Assembly (NCBI GenBank): GCA_964036045.1 | Contig: OZ038378.1 | Coordinates: 1,364,001 to 1,428,000, forward strand | Source of the DNA: Eutreptiella sp. 'Long Island Sound 2002' | Lineage: Eukaryota; Protista; Euglenida | Length of the DNA: 64,000 bases | Direction: 5' to 3' | Shown here: one piece after another, positions 25,542 through 39,500 of the stretch | Numbering within the stretch: the stretch's first letter is position 1 | Layout: each line of letters starts with the position of its first letter | The notes under the pieces: generated by a model | Seen by the model: the letters and a program-made list of their open reading frames with translations, nothing else | Database searches by the model: none | Told to the model about the DNA's origin: nothing | Program-made: the position numbers and the translations under genes

Positions 25542-27415
25542 GCATGATTCATTCATGTCTACTTAGGGGAGAGTCGATTTTCCCAATACCTCAAAGTGCC
25601 AGGGCCCGAATCCTCTTTTCCATCTTCCGGGATCTCCTGAAGTGGTTGTATGGACTCGCACAACACATGCACATACACTAGTTGACCCAATTCGTTATTG
25701 TGTGCTGTCCGGCGGTAGGGAGCGGCCTTCGAGGAGTGGATCCTCCAAGCTTTCAAACAACATGTTGAAGGTTACGGATGGGTGCTTTCGGCTCAACTTC
25801 TACGTCAAGATTCTTGCTCCTTACCCGTCTATCGCCCCCCCTGTCACTTTCATGAATCGCATCCCGAGCTTGCTCTCGGGTGAACTATTTTCTCCTTGAG
25901 CCGTCTTATCCTCTTTCGGGGTGCAATTCTTGGGTCTTTTTCTTCTTCCTCTTCTTGCTCGTCATCCCGCCCTGTGTCTAGCTAGAAAGATAAAATGGGT
26001 TGCGACTCCATTGACTCAAATGTGTGTTCCAATATTTAAGTGTCCTATATTTGTATATCCACAAATTGATTATGTTTCACATAACTAGAAATAAGCTAAA
26101 CCAAAAACAATATCACATAAAACAAAGATCGCAAAATGGGCACATAAAACTATGTAATTTTTTGGAGGGGTGCACACGAGCAAAAATTTATCTAAAACAA
26201 TTCCTCCATTGTTTGTTTGTGGAAAAAACGTTTCGATACAAAATAACCCTACTCTCTTCCCAACCCAACAACAACAAAGGCAAACAAGAGCAAAGGCAAA
26301 ACAAGGAAAACACAAAGGAAGTGTACTCTCACTCGATCGTGACAAGGTTCATGGTCCCCGCCTGCCACCCCAGCCAGGACAGGGGGCGCTATACTCCCCT
26401 AACTGGGTGGTTCTACCATGTCTACCTTCTTCCTCATCTTGCTCTTCAAGGTCGCTCAACCTCTCCGTCAAGCATATGAACTTCCATCCGCAAGCCTTCT
26501 CAGGTGTACCTAGGTATCTTGTAGAATGCCACAGGGAAATTGCCAGCCCCATCTCGGACGTTGTTGCTGCGCCTTCTTTTGATGGGCATCTAGGTTCGCA
26601 AAGTGGGTCAATTTCCTCGTCCTACAACTCTTCACGAACCCCCTGACTTCGGCAACCCTGGTGTGGTAAGAAATAAACAAACCATGGTGCGTGGATCACG
26701 AAAGCCCACCCCGAAGACGGTAACAAAACCCTATGAAAGGGTAACCTTTCGTACAAAAGGGTGTACGGAAGGGGTACGAAAGGGTCTCCAATCGACCCTT
26801 TTGTAGTCCTTTTGAACAAGCACCGCGATTAGGGGGCTCTTCAAGGTCACTCAAGTCTTCTTATTCCTGAACCCAATCCTGCTCCTCCGGTTTACCACCC
26901 TAAGGGCCAACATGATGTGGATGTGTTTGACTGCTACGTGCTTCGAGAGCCTTTGACATGGCAAAGGCTATGAAGCCATTTTCAATTGCGCCCCCATTTC
27001 GGGTACCCCCGATCCAGCGATGGTAGGATGTTTTGAGGTCGGGTATCGAGTATGCAGGAAGACATATTGATGAATGAGCGTGTTTGATGCCATTGAAAGT
27101 GTTGCACGAGTGTAATATGATGCTTGCCACCTCCCTTGAAGATACGTGACAACGTACGCCCGACTCGTTACGGCGCTTGTGCAACACACGGAATTGCTTT
27201 TGTATCTATAACAGTGGGTGCAAGGCCTCGACGCCACAAATGACGATGCTCTAATTGGTTGTTGCAGCAGCATCATCCCCACCCCTACCGCTGCAACGGG
27301 CACCTGCAGGATATCGTCTACCGCGTGTGCGAACTTTGTGTCAAATCCACTATAGACATGTGCACGCGGGAGATTGTGTACAAGGCCAACACCACGGCCA
27401 GTAACGACAAATGAT
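25542..27415. repeat. Diverged monomer of the same host repeat (modules C + A')
   Basis: 25542-25743 is homologous to 269-469. 26560-27415 is a diverged module A. Confidence 0.85.
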
Positions 27416-30059
27416 GATGATAATGATGATAAGTTCTCACAAGTTGTCAATGGGCTGCTTCCCCATATAAACATGTATATGCACAAAGCGCTTGATATCA
27501 GTCATGGGCTGCTTCAAAGAAGTAACATCGAACCATAGGCGGAGGGACCATACAAAGGGTAAACAGGCGCGACGGGGAGGAACTTGCACTTAGCTTTAGA
27601 AATCAGGATGAATGACGGTGACGGAAGAGGATACATTGAAAGGGCGGATCGTGCCGGCTGTGAGGACAGAAGTCAGTTGCGTCCTTTGGGCGCTGGGTTG
27701 TAGAACAGTTGGGCACTCCCTGGCTGGGGGGGGGGGGGGGGGGGGCTGCCGATGTGTGTTAACTGAGGCCTGGCACTGGGCAACACTTGCACAGAGTAGT
27801 AGCTGGCGTGGAATTTCCAGGGAAGAGCCTGCTGTTGCACAGGGGGTAAACAATTAACAGGGGCAGCGGGTTCAAGTGGGGGATGGGGCTGAGAGAGGGG
27901 AGCAGGCAAAAGGTCAAGTGGCCCCCACTGTTACCAGGGCGGCGAGTGAGGGTTGCTGACTACATGGCAGCCACGAACAGCTAACAGTTGTCTGGTGCTT
28001 GTCGTCTAGTGTTTGCCGTCTGTTGGCTGATGCCTGTTGCCTTCGTCTGTTGCCTGCTTCTCGACTGTTGGACTGTTGACTGTTGCCGGTGTCTCTTGCC
28101 TGTTTGTTGTTGCCTGTGCTGTGGTCTATCGTTTGCCACTGGTGTTTGCAGTCAGTGGGTTGATGACTCTCTTCGCAATATTTTGACAGGGTAAGGTGCT
28201 TCTGGGGCAGGATTCGTTGATTGCAGGCTGCCGAAATTAAAAGCAAGGCATTCCCTCCCTTAACCCTCAGGGTGCAAGACCGGTTGGTTGGGGCGGTGCC
28301 GGCAGATGAGATCAGAGACTTGGATGTCCACTCACCAATGGAGACAGACTGCGACGCAAAAAGAAAAAAAAAATTGGACAGGGTTTCCATGCAACCTTCG
28401 AAGGATTGAAACTCCGCCAACCAATCCACCCGTATGTGACTCAACCTCGCCCTGATCCGACAATCGAAATCGAAAATATCACTTCCCGCATCATACCTAG
28501 CGTGTTTCTGGTGTTTGTTCATGTGCACACCAGGAACCGGACATGAGCAAGATACCAAACAAGCAGGATGCTTGCACACACCACGGATGAACACCCCTTG
28601 CTCGGCCGGCAATCAACCTAGCGTTTCAACAATTCAGCAGATGAGTGCAACAAGTCCCGCTGGCTCCAGCAATCGTGTGAAACGGAACCGAAACTTTCGG
28701 ACCAAAGCCCACCAACCATTTGAACCATCACAGAGGCAGTCGGACAGCCCTGAGCGGCACTACGTGGGTCCGTGCGGCTGCTGACAGTTGCGGGTGCAAC
28801 CAGCTGGACATCCCAAGGGGATCCAGCCAGTTGGCGGAACCTGCCTGCCTCAAGTTATTGCATTTCAGCCCACGAACTTCCAGTTCAGAGTTGCGCCCTA
28901 TTGGATCCCTGGTCGAAGGCTGGTTACGTGATTCCACAGAATATGGCATCCAGGTACAGTGTCACCAACCGTATCTGCAATGTGATTGGTACCGAGGGAA
29001 CTTAGCGCTGTAGTCGGGCTCAAAAGCTGAGCCACCGTAGAGGGCAGCCTATCGCAAGAGTTTCAGCAGCGGCAACATGACAGGGAAAACGGCAGTGGTC
29101 TGTGTTATACTCGGGTGGCAAAGCAAGGGGCACGACAAACATCGAGTGTACCAACATAATCCCCAAAAACAAAAGACTGCAGTAATGGCTCAAATTTACC
29201 AAACAGCACCGTTCGAGCGAGCGGTTTGGAGGCACCCATAGAGCACCTGAAATGCACACCAAAAACAGTTCGAAGCATGGCGCCAGTGAACCGGTATGCA
29301 GACCCTAGGCAGATAGGAGGGGTAACATGAGCACTTGCGTTAGGGGGGGGCTGTGGGCTGGCAGAAAGCTTAGGTGGCACCAGGGGCGGAGAGGGAGAGG
29401 TCGCGGGTGAGGCTGAAGGCAGCTGAGCGCCAGGCCGTAGCCTCCTCCTGTGATTTAAGTGGGGCCTGTAGTGTCATCAGTGGTATCCGCTCTTCCCTGC
29501 GGGCCCTGCCGCAGGGCGCACACCTTATCGGCGGCTGCGCGCCAGGCCGTAGCCCCCTCCTGTGATTTTAGCAGGGCCGGGGCGGGGAGGTCGAGGACTC
29601 GGGTCGGGCCGGGGCGGCAGGGGCCAGAACTCGTTAGGCTTCGGGGGTGTGGGGGCCCCATAGGCCCCAAAGCGCGGAGAGGCGGGGTGGTCGGGCTCGA
29701 GCATGATGGTCACCTTGCCCCGAGGAACTTGCATGGGCTGTGGGGATGGCCTCGGGTGAACCTCACAGAGCCGCCGGGGTTGCTTGTTGTAGCCCGGGGC
29801 GGGATCATGGTGGTTGGAACGTTTGACGCTTCTAGTGACCTCCACTGTGAATTGCTCGCGAGGTCGGGGACCCCGTTCGGGACTAGCAGACCGAGAACGC
29901 TTCCGCTTCTGGGGGCTGGCAGACCGAGGCCGTTTCTTCTTTTGATTTTTGAGTTGGCGTTCTAGGTCTCGGACTTGATTTCGCAAGCGTTGGTTTTCCC
30001 TCTTGGTGGATTTGCCGGATGGTCCCGGGTGATGCGGTGGCGGGTAGCCTATTGGATGA
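27416..30059 (-). mobile_element. 2.6-kb insertion with 14-bp target-site duplication and (ATC)n tail; probable non-LTR retro-insertion
   Basis: taacgacaaatgat occurs at 27402-27415 and 30060-30073, and the flanks rejoin into the repeat consensus. A gat-repeat tract lies at the left end. No RT motif was recognised. Confidence 0.65.
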
Positions 30060-31650
30060 TAACGACAAATGATTGTAGTAGCAGCTGTTCAACCTGACGA
30101 AAAACGCATGACACGGTTGTGGTAGCGCACTCCCTTCTTTTGATGGGAATCTTGGTCTGCAAAGCCGGTCAATTTCCTCGTCCTACAACTCTTCACGACT
30201 CCCATCACTTTGGCAACAATGATGTGGTAAGAAATAAACAAACCATAGTACGTGGATCATGAAAGCCCACCCCGAAGACGGTCCGAAAACCCTACGAAAG
30301 GGTAGCCTTTCGTACAAAAGGGTTTACGGAAGGGGTACGAAAGGGGATCCAATGGACCCTTTCGTAGTTCTTTCGTAGTCCTTTTGCACAGGCACCACGA
30401 CGAAGGGCTCTTCAAGGTTACTCAAGTCTTCTTGTTCCTCAACCCAATCCTGGTCCTTCAGTTCACGCCCCAAAGGGCCGACGTTATGTGGCCATGTTTG
30501 ATTGCTCCGTGCGTCGAGAGCCTTTGAGATGGCAAAGGCCATGAAGCCATTTCTAATTGCGCCCCCATTTCGGGTACCCCCGATCCAGCGAGGGTAATGC
30601 AGCCATTTTGTCCCGATGTGGAATCCTAAGATGGCAGGGATTATGTAACCACATTCCTTTTCGCCCATAGTACGTTGACCCGCAAAAGGTCATGAGTAAT
30701 TCAGCCAATTGCCCACACAAAGACGTCCAAAAACACGAGCGTTGTGTCGGCCTTTCTGAGTTTGTCGCGGATTCCGGGATCCCCAAGATAGCAAGGGGTG
30801 GGTAGCCACGTTGTCCACATCCGCCTTCCAAAGACGGAAAGGGTTGTGTCACGTTTGTTGTGTCTTGAGTTTGGGGGACCCCGAAGACCGCAAGGGCGAC
30901 GGGGCCCATTACTGCTGGTACCGTCATGCACGAGCCTTCAAGGAGAAAGGGGTTATGCAGCCACTTTTAATTCGCTCCCCACTTCCGGTACCCACAACAT
31001 GGCAGGTTTTGTGTAGGCATTTTGCCCACATGTGGACCCAGGGAGACCGCAAGGGTTTTGTGGCAAATTTTGATCTTTTCCACACTTCCGGGACCCGCAA
31101 GACGGAAGATGTTATCGAATCATGTTTTTCCACTTTGGAGCCTCGTGGTGAACAGATTTGCAATGTTGTTCCAACGCCCCCTACTAATGTGCTCCATGTC
31201 CCAAAACACCGCTTTTCATGACATGAGCATAGGGTGTATGGCTCGACTCAGCGATCGTATGACATTTGGATGGTTAGTTCTTGATTTGCTGTTGAATCGG
31301 ATCAGAGGGGGCGAGTATTGGGTGAAGCCTACTCAATAAGGCTTGACATTACCAAGTTTGGGAGTACAAAGACAGGGTTGAGGGGATGCTTTTGCCATAA
31401 AAGGCACACCAGGTTTGGCACTATAAAAGGAAGGGCCGAGCACGCGGAATCATTGACCCCCAAAGGGTCAAGTACCCCCTATAATATTAGTAGAACACCC
31501 ACATTGTAGCAAATGAGGGCTGAAAGAAGCCATGTATTCATCAAATCAAGTAATATTTCTGTGGATTATGTCAAGCCGCATCACACAACGGCAAGGTGTA
31601 GAGCATGATTCATTCAAGTGTAGTTAGGGGACAATAGATTTTCCCAACTC
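30060..31650. repeat. Diverged monomer of the host repeat (module B' and start of C)
   Basis: Colinear with 14140-15680 but with many substitutions. Homology ends at about 31650. Confidence 0.88.
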
Positions 31651-33649
31651 ATTTCAATTTGTCCCCACTTTGAAGATCCCAAAGACGGCAAGCATTATGT
31701 CGCGATAGGCCACATGTGGGCTCTCAAGATGGCAACGCTAGTGTAGCCACTTTTGATCTTGTCTGTTTGAATTGAAGCACAAGTCCAATAGCCTCATCTT
31801 CCGCGCAACACCAAAATTTGGACGATGGAACTCCCGCTAGTGAGGTTGGCTGAGATGCAACTCTCCTCACTAAGATTGTATGCATGTGTATGTCTTGTCC
31901 TGGCAATGCATCGTGTTGGTGGTGGCGGTGCCTAGTGTGCTCGCAGGGTACTCCTCACACTTTGAGATGGGCATTGCAAGTGCATGGCACAACAACTGCC
32001 CTCCTTGGGCCTTTGGCTGTAGGTTTCGCCCCTGCCCCCACCATGCATCGCCCGGCCCACGGTCCGGGACATTGTTGACAACAGAGGCGTACATCATCGG
32101 AGGAGGGGGGGGGGGGCACTCCACCGGGGCGGTGCGGCTCGGTAGGGGGGCACCAAGCCCCCCCCCCCCTCCCGGCGGGCCGCCGTGGGAGGCTGCGGGC
32201 GCGCTTGGGACCTTCCAGTGCGGCAGCTGCTGCTGCGTCATGGGCGCTTGGGAGTTGCATGGCGGTGCTTGCAGCGGCTGCGAAGGGGTTGCGTGGGACC
32301 TCCACGGCGGAGGCGGCAACGGCCGTGGGGGTGCTTGGGAGCTCTAGCGCGGTGGCGGTGGCGCCGGTGCCGGCGCTTGGGACCTCCACGGCGGCGGTGG
32401 CATTGGTGAGTGTGGGGCCGCTCGGGTCGTACATTCTTTGTTTGACACAATCCATCTTGGCCTCATGAGCTGTTCTTGGCTGTCCAATGCATTGCTTTGT
32501 TTGCATCTAGGCTGTTTGTCTTGGGAGTCGCTTGCCTCGTGTGTGTTCCCTTGGGGCTAGAGATTTCATGAAGGTCGAAAGAAGGGTTCCAACTTGCATT
32601 TTACATCATGTGGATGGATTGCAAATAACTTGTCAGAGCTAGGATGCTCTAGGAGGTAAATTTCTTGAAGCAGCCCCGAGCTACCTAAGGTTCGAAGGTG
32701 GCATTGCCTTTTCATCTTCCGCCTTGGGAATGCACCAATGGTTAAGACCTGCCAAAATTTGACGCATTGCATGCATAATTTGCGGGTTGCAAGCAGCCAA
32801 GGAGAGAGGGCTAGTGCCTGTGTCACAACTCTAGCAGCATTTTTACTACCCATGTTGTCCAAAATGAGAGGTAAGCCATCTCTGTTGGGGGCAAGCTGTG
32901 CTGCTCAGGGCTGCTTCCTCAAGTCAATTACGTGGTGTAACAACAAAAGTCCACATACCTTGGAGGGAGTATCCCGCTTTTCCAACACCCTTCTTTCAAA
33001 TCTTCCCCAGGATGCTCCGCAGGATGGTGGCGTTTGTCTTATGATTGTACATTTGATGGTTTTCTCCTCGATGAATGTCACCAACAACACTTTCACTGGA
33101 TCATATCCAGCAAAGACTGCCCATGCAGCTGATGCTGGGAGACACTCACCAAACAAGGCACATGTCTTTGGGCCCTTGTGAGTAGCAAATGCAATTTCAA
33201 TGGCCATGGACCTAAGAGATTTAAGCAATAATAGCACTTATCACGTTGCATGCATTGGACAGCTTCAAGCTCAGTAGGGCCCCCCGTGGCGAACGCGGAG
33301 GTGCCACGGCGCGTTTCATTACCCGCACATAACGCACCAAAGTGCCCTCCATGCACTGCTCCCACCAATGCACCATTCTCACGTACGTGTAGATAAATCG
33401 CTCGGTGCTAGAGTCCAGTCCAGTCGGAGCATCCCGAAAACCTCTTGGGGCTGCCTTCCGAAACACCGACCGCTCCACCGCGGTAGCCACATACGTGGCC
33501 ACCAACGCCGTGTGCACCTCCGCCGGCATCAACGACACGTTGTCGCCGGGTGCCCCTCTGCCCGACTCGACCCTCTCCTCCAGATCTTGCAAATTACATT
33601 GGAGGGCATATTGGAAATTGTCGCAATTGAATTGTCTAATGGTTACATG

Positions 33650-35500
33650 CGCAACACATGCTGGGTTATTTTTTCCACTGCGTGCAGCAGTTGAAAATAC
33701 TGCTTTGCATCTTACATGGCTGCAGCCGTCAGGGGGAGGACATTGTCTTTTCTTCGGGGACTTGCTGCATAACTTGTGCTTTGATAGACACCAGACATGC
33801 CAGCATAATATTTTCTTCGCACGCACCCAATTTTCCAAACATTTGGCTACATCACTTTTGGACAGTGCAATGAATCAATCACCTCAATCACCGCAATGTC
33901 ACTCGATCTAAAGAGTTGCGTGCAAATGAAATTTCACAACGTAAAATTTTTTAGCCCATTGTCTTCTCTCAAACAAAGCCGATAATGTTATTGACTTTGA
34001 GGAGTCGCAAGGGCTGCGTTCGAAGTTTGTTAAATGGATGCTAGATGCTGGATGCTGCGGTTGGACGCATTTTGCGCACTCCCATTCATCAAATGCTGGT
34101 TGGAGCGCCATAGGCAGCAATGGGTGCACTAGCCCATACTTCTTGCTTATTGTGTGCTTGCGAATGCTAAAACGAGTGCATCCACATTTGTGCTTTGTAA
34201 AGGAGTCTACAAGAGCACATGACAATGAATGAACAAACAGACAGGAGTGTTTTGATGTTTCGGCATTTGGCTATGGAGAACCTTTGTCGTACACAAAGAT
34301 GAAACCCACCCCGAAAGAGTGTGCACGCTCCTCATCCCCCTTCGATCAAAAGAGGTTCGTATACTCCATATTTTGAAGTTTGTAGCCGAATTGGAGGAAT
34401 CCGGTAGATGGTGTTTGCCATACAGCTTCCGTCATGCCTGCTCTTTGTGCAAACTTGTCTAGTTTGCTAAATATTGCTGGTTGCAACAACATGGATCCAG
34501 GACAACATACTACATTAAGAGCTGCTGACGCTATCATGAAGTCAAAGTCTCTTTTGTTGATGCCCATTATGTATGAGACTCTCAAAGCCTTTTGAGATGT
34601 TGCACTTTTTGACCTAACGGAAACACAAGTGGGGCTGATTTCCTGTCATGTACCTACGCAGGTCTCTTGTCACCTACTTCAGCCCGTGTGCTCCAACTCT
34701 GGAAAGAGACATATTGTTCAAAACTTTCCTAACCAATTCAAATATGCTATGTCTCATGTATTATGTGTGAAGCTTATAAATCCTCTATGCATGAACATCG
34801 ATCACTGCATACTCGGCATTTGGCATCGTCCATTTTGAGTGACCATATTCGGAGCTGATTTGACATTCCCAGCCTTTTGTTGAACATGTCAAGTTTTCAT
34901 GAAGATGGCGTGTGCAGAAAGGAAATATATGGTCATCAAATTATCCATCGTGGTAGGATCTCCGACCTGCAACCATCATTGCAAGTGTTCCATCTTTGTA
35001 ACATCGCCGCAACGCTATATTGGAGACCAACAAATGATCCAGACGTTGCAAAACGGAAGCCAAAGAGAAACTCTCTATTTAACCTATGCGAACCATTGGT
35101 CTTTGTGTTTCCACCTATTATAGAAACTCTGAGTTCACCGTTCTTTTCGCTAAATCCAATTATGAAAAACCGCCATGTTTAGGACATTTAGAAAAAAACA
35201 AAGATTTTTTTTTTACGAATGTCGGGTCAGAAGCATGTAAATTACCATCTTCTAGTTGCATCATTACGTCTCCATGTCATGTGGCCTGTTTGACGAATCA
35301 CAAAGCCATGGCGTATAGGCCCCCTCTAGTATTGATGATTGACAACACCTCTTCAAGACTCTCACTCAAGTTGTAGCTTCGCCGAATGTCAAGAAAAGAT
35401 GTGGCCTTATGAGCTGCGTCATACTCTTCCTTTGAACCATACTAAAGACTGTTTGTCATGTCCGCCATCCTCTTCTTGATCCTCCTTGCTAGGGCAACTT
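33650..35500 (-). pseudogene. Highly degenerate MuDR/Mutator-type transposase remnant
   Basis: Minus-strand DDHIFPFCTRHLHENL (about 34890-34940) fits the MULE FCxRHLxxN motif. Weaker SWIM-like (WECAKCVQPQHP) and knuckle-like Cys clusters lie downstream. Many stops. Confidence 0.5.
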
Positions 35501-35944
35501 GTGCATAGCGATGCTTGAGGTCCAATTTCCCCTAGAAATCCAAAGGCTCTTCACACATGGATTGAAAATGGTCATCTTGAAGACAATTGGTGAAAATATC
35601 CTTGGCACCTTCCGCACATTGAGTGAAAAAAATATGGTAGGTTGTTTGGGAAAACAAAACAAGGGTGGCAGAATCTGCATTCATTTTGTAGCCTAGCCTC
35701 ATAACCGAGCCATCGGACTAGTATGCACTTGCTATTGTTAGTAATTAATAATAATAGCACTGATGTAGGTTGCTATTGCATTGAGTTTCAGCTTTTGGTG
35801 CTATGTCTGTGCAAAACCCTACCAGGTGTGCAGCTCCACGAACCGGAAGATTCATGACGCAATTGGATGTTGCTTCCATTTATGCTAAGTATTGGAGGAT
35901 AGGATAAGGTAATGCAAGATGTTTCAGTGTAAAAGAAAACAACC

Positions 35945-36560
35945 CAAGATGTATGGGCATGGGGACACTTTGCATTCTTGAAAAGGCCCCCATATATGGG
36001 CATGGGGACACTTTGCGGTGGCCAAAGGGCCCCCATACATGGGCATGGGAACACTTTGCATTGGCAAAAGCTCCCACACATAAGCATGGGGTCATTTTCC
36101 GCTGGCGAGAAGGCTGCCAAATATGGGCATGTGGACACGTTGCACGGGCAAAAGGACCCCAATCTATGGACATGGTGACACGTTAGCCCCCCCAGCCCCC
36201 CGGTACACGGTTCCCCCGCACCCCCCAGGATGGGCACCAAATCACAGTTCCCCGCACTCCCGCGGGTGACGGACGCCAAACAACAACACCTCATATTCTT
36301 TTATAACCGGTTGGGATCGGTGATTTCCTATTGATTTGTTACTTTTCATCAACCACGTGACGGTCCAAAATCCCTTGGGGGGGATCAACAGGGGGGGGGG
36401 GGGGTTACGTCTTTCTCTCTTAATTTTTGCCAGTGCAAAGTGTCCCCATGCCCATATTTTGGGGTCTTTTTGCCCGTGCAAAGTCTCCCTGTGCCCATAT
36501 AGGAGCGCCTTGTGCGAGCGCAAAGTGTTCCCATGCCCATATATGGGTGCGAATGTTTGT
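35945..36560. repeat. Inverted pair of ~43-bp tandem arrays (foldback/MITE-like)
   Basis: atgggcatggggacactttgca-type units at 35953, 35996, 36039 and onward to about 36180. Reverse-complement units (tgcaaagtgtccccatgcccat) at about 36430-36550. Confidence 0.75.
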
Positions 36561-39500
36561 GGCCGGGTATCTCAGAAATGAATGGTGTGTAGCGCAGTAA
36601 CTGGTCACCGCAATCATGCATGGCGACACACATGGGTTTAGTGAACTTGCTATTTTTCCATTCACGCGGTCTTGGCAACTTTGGTGTCGCTGTGGTACCC
36701 ACTCTAACTGTGCAAACAGGTGTATTTTGATACTATATGCCTACTAGCCTACAACAGGACGTTTGTTCTGGCGGATGACCTTCCCCAAGGTCGCTCATGG
36801 CGGATGTAAACAACATGAAATGACCGTTCCCATCAATCACAACATGGCCACCCATAAAAAACATACAAGTTGTGTAAAGTATGTTTTCGGGAGTATGTAT
36901 GTGTTGCTCACCTTGGGTATTAGTTTTGTTGCGGGCAGTTCCCCAATCGACTGGCACACAACCTGAAGGTTTTCAGCCTATGCGGCTCACCATCGAAGCC
37001 ACCTAAAGCCTGTTTTCAGCAGTGTTTAATTTTTGTATTCATGACCGGTAAACAACCTTTCTAAGTTTTTCACCATGTGCACCTCAAAATTAGAAGTTTG
37101 GGATTTTTTCCATTTCATAACCACTCACGATGACCATCCAAGGTATTTGAAGCAGGTTTTAGAGAGGTTTTGTGTTTTTTTAACGGTGATTGGGTATGTG
37201 TGCCACTTGGGTGTGCCTTGCTTGGGGTCAATTCTATGCGACGGGAAACGAATCAATTCGCAGACGTTGTTAGATGAAAGCCAGGCGGGCTCGTATACAT
37301 GAGAAAACATCACCCCCCCCCACACACCACCACCATTTGTGGCCTCTTACTGGCCTATTCACGTACCGTGCCCAAAGGGGTTCAATTCGTGGTTTCACCC
37401 CTTGTGTAATCTTTTTTTTTTGTAAGGGTTAGCCCCCCCGCATTTTTGTGCTACAAATTAGTAATTTTTTGGGTTTTTAGATCCCAGCCAAAAATTTTCT
37501 TCGGTCGCGACCCCATAGGGGTTTTATGCGGAGGACTGTCAGGGGCGCTTGTGTCATTTATGCATGTTTTAGCTTTTTTTTTTTTGTTGTATTGGCGGCT
37601 TGGTAACTTTCGCGTCAACGTGGTACCCACTTTGTTTTCGGTGAGGGGGTCATGTTGTTGCTCCTTGTAGCAAACATCCGGTCATACTCTTTCTGCTTTT
37701 CCTCGAGCATATCCAGAATGACATCCTCGCTCACATCTATGCTGTTGCCGCCGTTGGATTTTTGGTGGAATTTTAGCTCCGATTCCCGGGACTAGTGCCT
37801 TCCCGCTTCCCTGTCCTCTTTTGATGTCCCCAACTTCTCCTTCTCTGTACCCTTGCATGACTAGTCTCTTCTCTGCCGACGGAGTTAGCAATCTTGGACC
37901 CCTAGTATTGGGTCCCGTTTCATCAAAGACATGTTGAGGAGCAAAAATACATCTTGGCAAGTGCCCAACGCTCCCTTCACAGCACGACAAGCCCATGGCA
38001 CTGCTAAGATTTAGCTCTTTGGCAGTTCTACCACAGCAGAGACAGCACAAGACGTCCCCAAATGACCCTGGCGGATAGCAAAACTATGCCTTGTCCCATG
38101 ATCCAATCAACAAGCCCCCCCCCCCCCCCTCACCCCGAATATCCTTGAATGCCCCGAACATGGTTTTGAGGCGGCATGGAAGTGGGATCCCATGGAGCTT
38201 TGGGTGGTAGGAAGGACGGGTGGCACTACATGATGTCCCAAGGGAGGCCGCCTTGTGGACCGACGGAACTCAAAGATGGTGTGACGATGTGTTGGGGCGG
38301 GGTAGGTGGGTTTATTGTGCATAAGTGCAAAAGTGGGTGAAAATATCCATACTTGGGAGGATGTTTTTGGAAGACGCGGTCCCATGGGGCTCTAGGGGCC
38401 ACGAAAGACAGGTTCTACCAGGTGAAGGTCCCGGGGGATGCCCCCTTGTGGACCGGCCGGATGCAAAGATGCATAGGTCCAGTGGGGCGGAGTGGGGGGT
38501 AGTGAGGTGATTGTTGTAAGTGGGCCCATTTTGGGTAAGCGGAAAATAGGATGAACACCTCCATTGTATAGAAGCAGTTACGGCAAGGGGTAGAGAGGGG
38601 CAAATGCACTGTATACCGGGCCAGTCAACAACATTCTCGGCTGCACTGTTGGACACCTTGTTGGTGTGTTACCACTTGCAGGCATGTTGTACCCACCTCC
38701 AAGAGTGGCCGTTCTGGCCTTTGAAGGGCGGCTGCTGGTGATCGGTGTGGTGGTTTTGTATGGTTAGGATTATGATAATCAATTATGCATCACGGCAAAT
38801 GTCAAGGCGGACAATCCGAACGGGCAACATGCGCTTCAATCCTGAGTGTCAACCGCACTCGTGCGGCTAGTAATGTGGTGGTGGTGGATGGTAGTGTTTT
38901 TTTTTTCGGGGGAGTTGCCAACGATGATCCCATGAGAGATATTGAACGGTGCTACCCGAGGGGCCAATTTTGGGGAGATGGCACCCCGGTCGCCGCGGCA
39001 CTGGGAACCCATGTGATTGCAAGCAGGCTGTCCTAAAAAACACCATAGATGCAGATTGGGGGCCCATTGTGAACAATTGTGAGGCGGCCACTTACATTTG
39101 GAAGCGGCCCCCCATGAAGCCGAAAGCATAGCAATCTAGACCTTTTCAAGGTGTCTCCGCACTAATCTTCCACCGAAAACTCTCCCCCATATATCCCCTG
39201 TACGCCGCCCCTCACCAAAGATTGTGGCCACATATGTTCTCACCCCCACGCTAGCCACGACGAATGATCTCCTAAGCCCCGGTAGTGAGAAGCTGTTGCA
39301 CCTACCTCCTCAAGAACTACCGAGCAAGTTCGACATTAGTTGGTCCCGCTAGCAATTTCTCCAACAACACCATGGTGTGGTGCACACATGGCAACGTGAG
39401 GAAAGCCTTAGTAGACCCCCTCCCCCAAGTCCTTGGTGCGTGCCACATTAATCGCCCCAAAAACATACCGAATGCCAATCCCACCACTCTGCTGGCTGCA

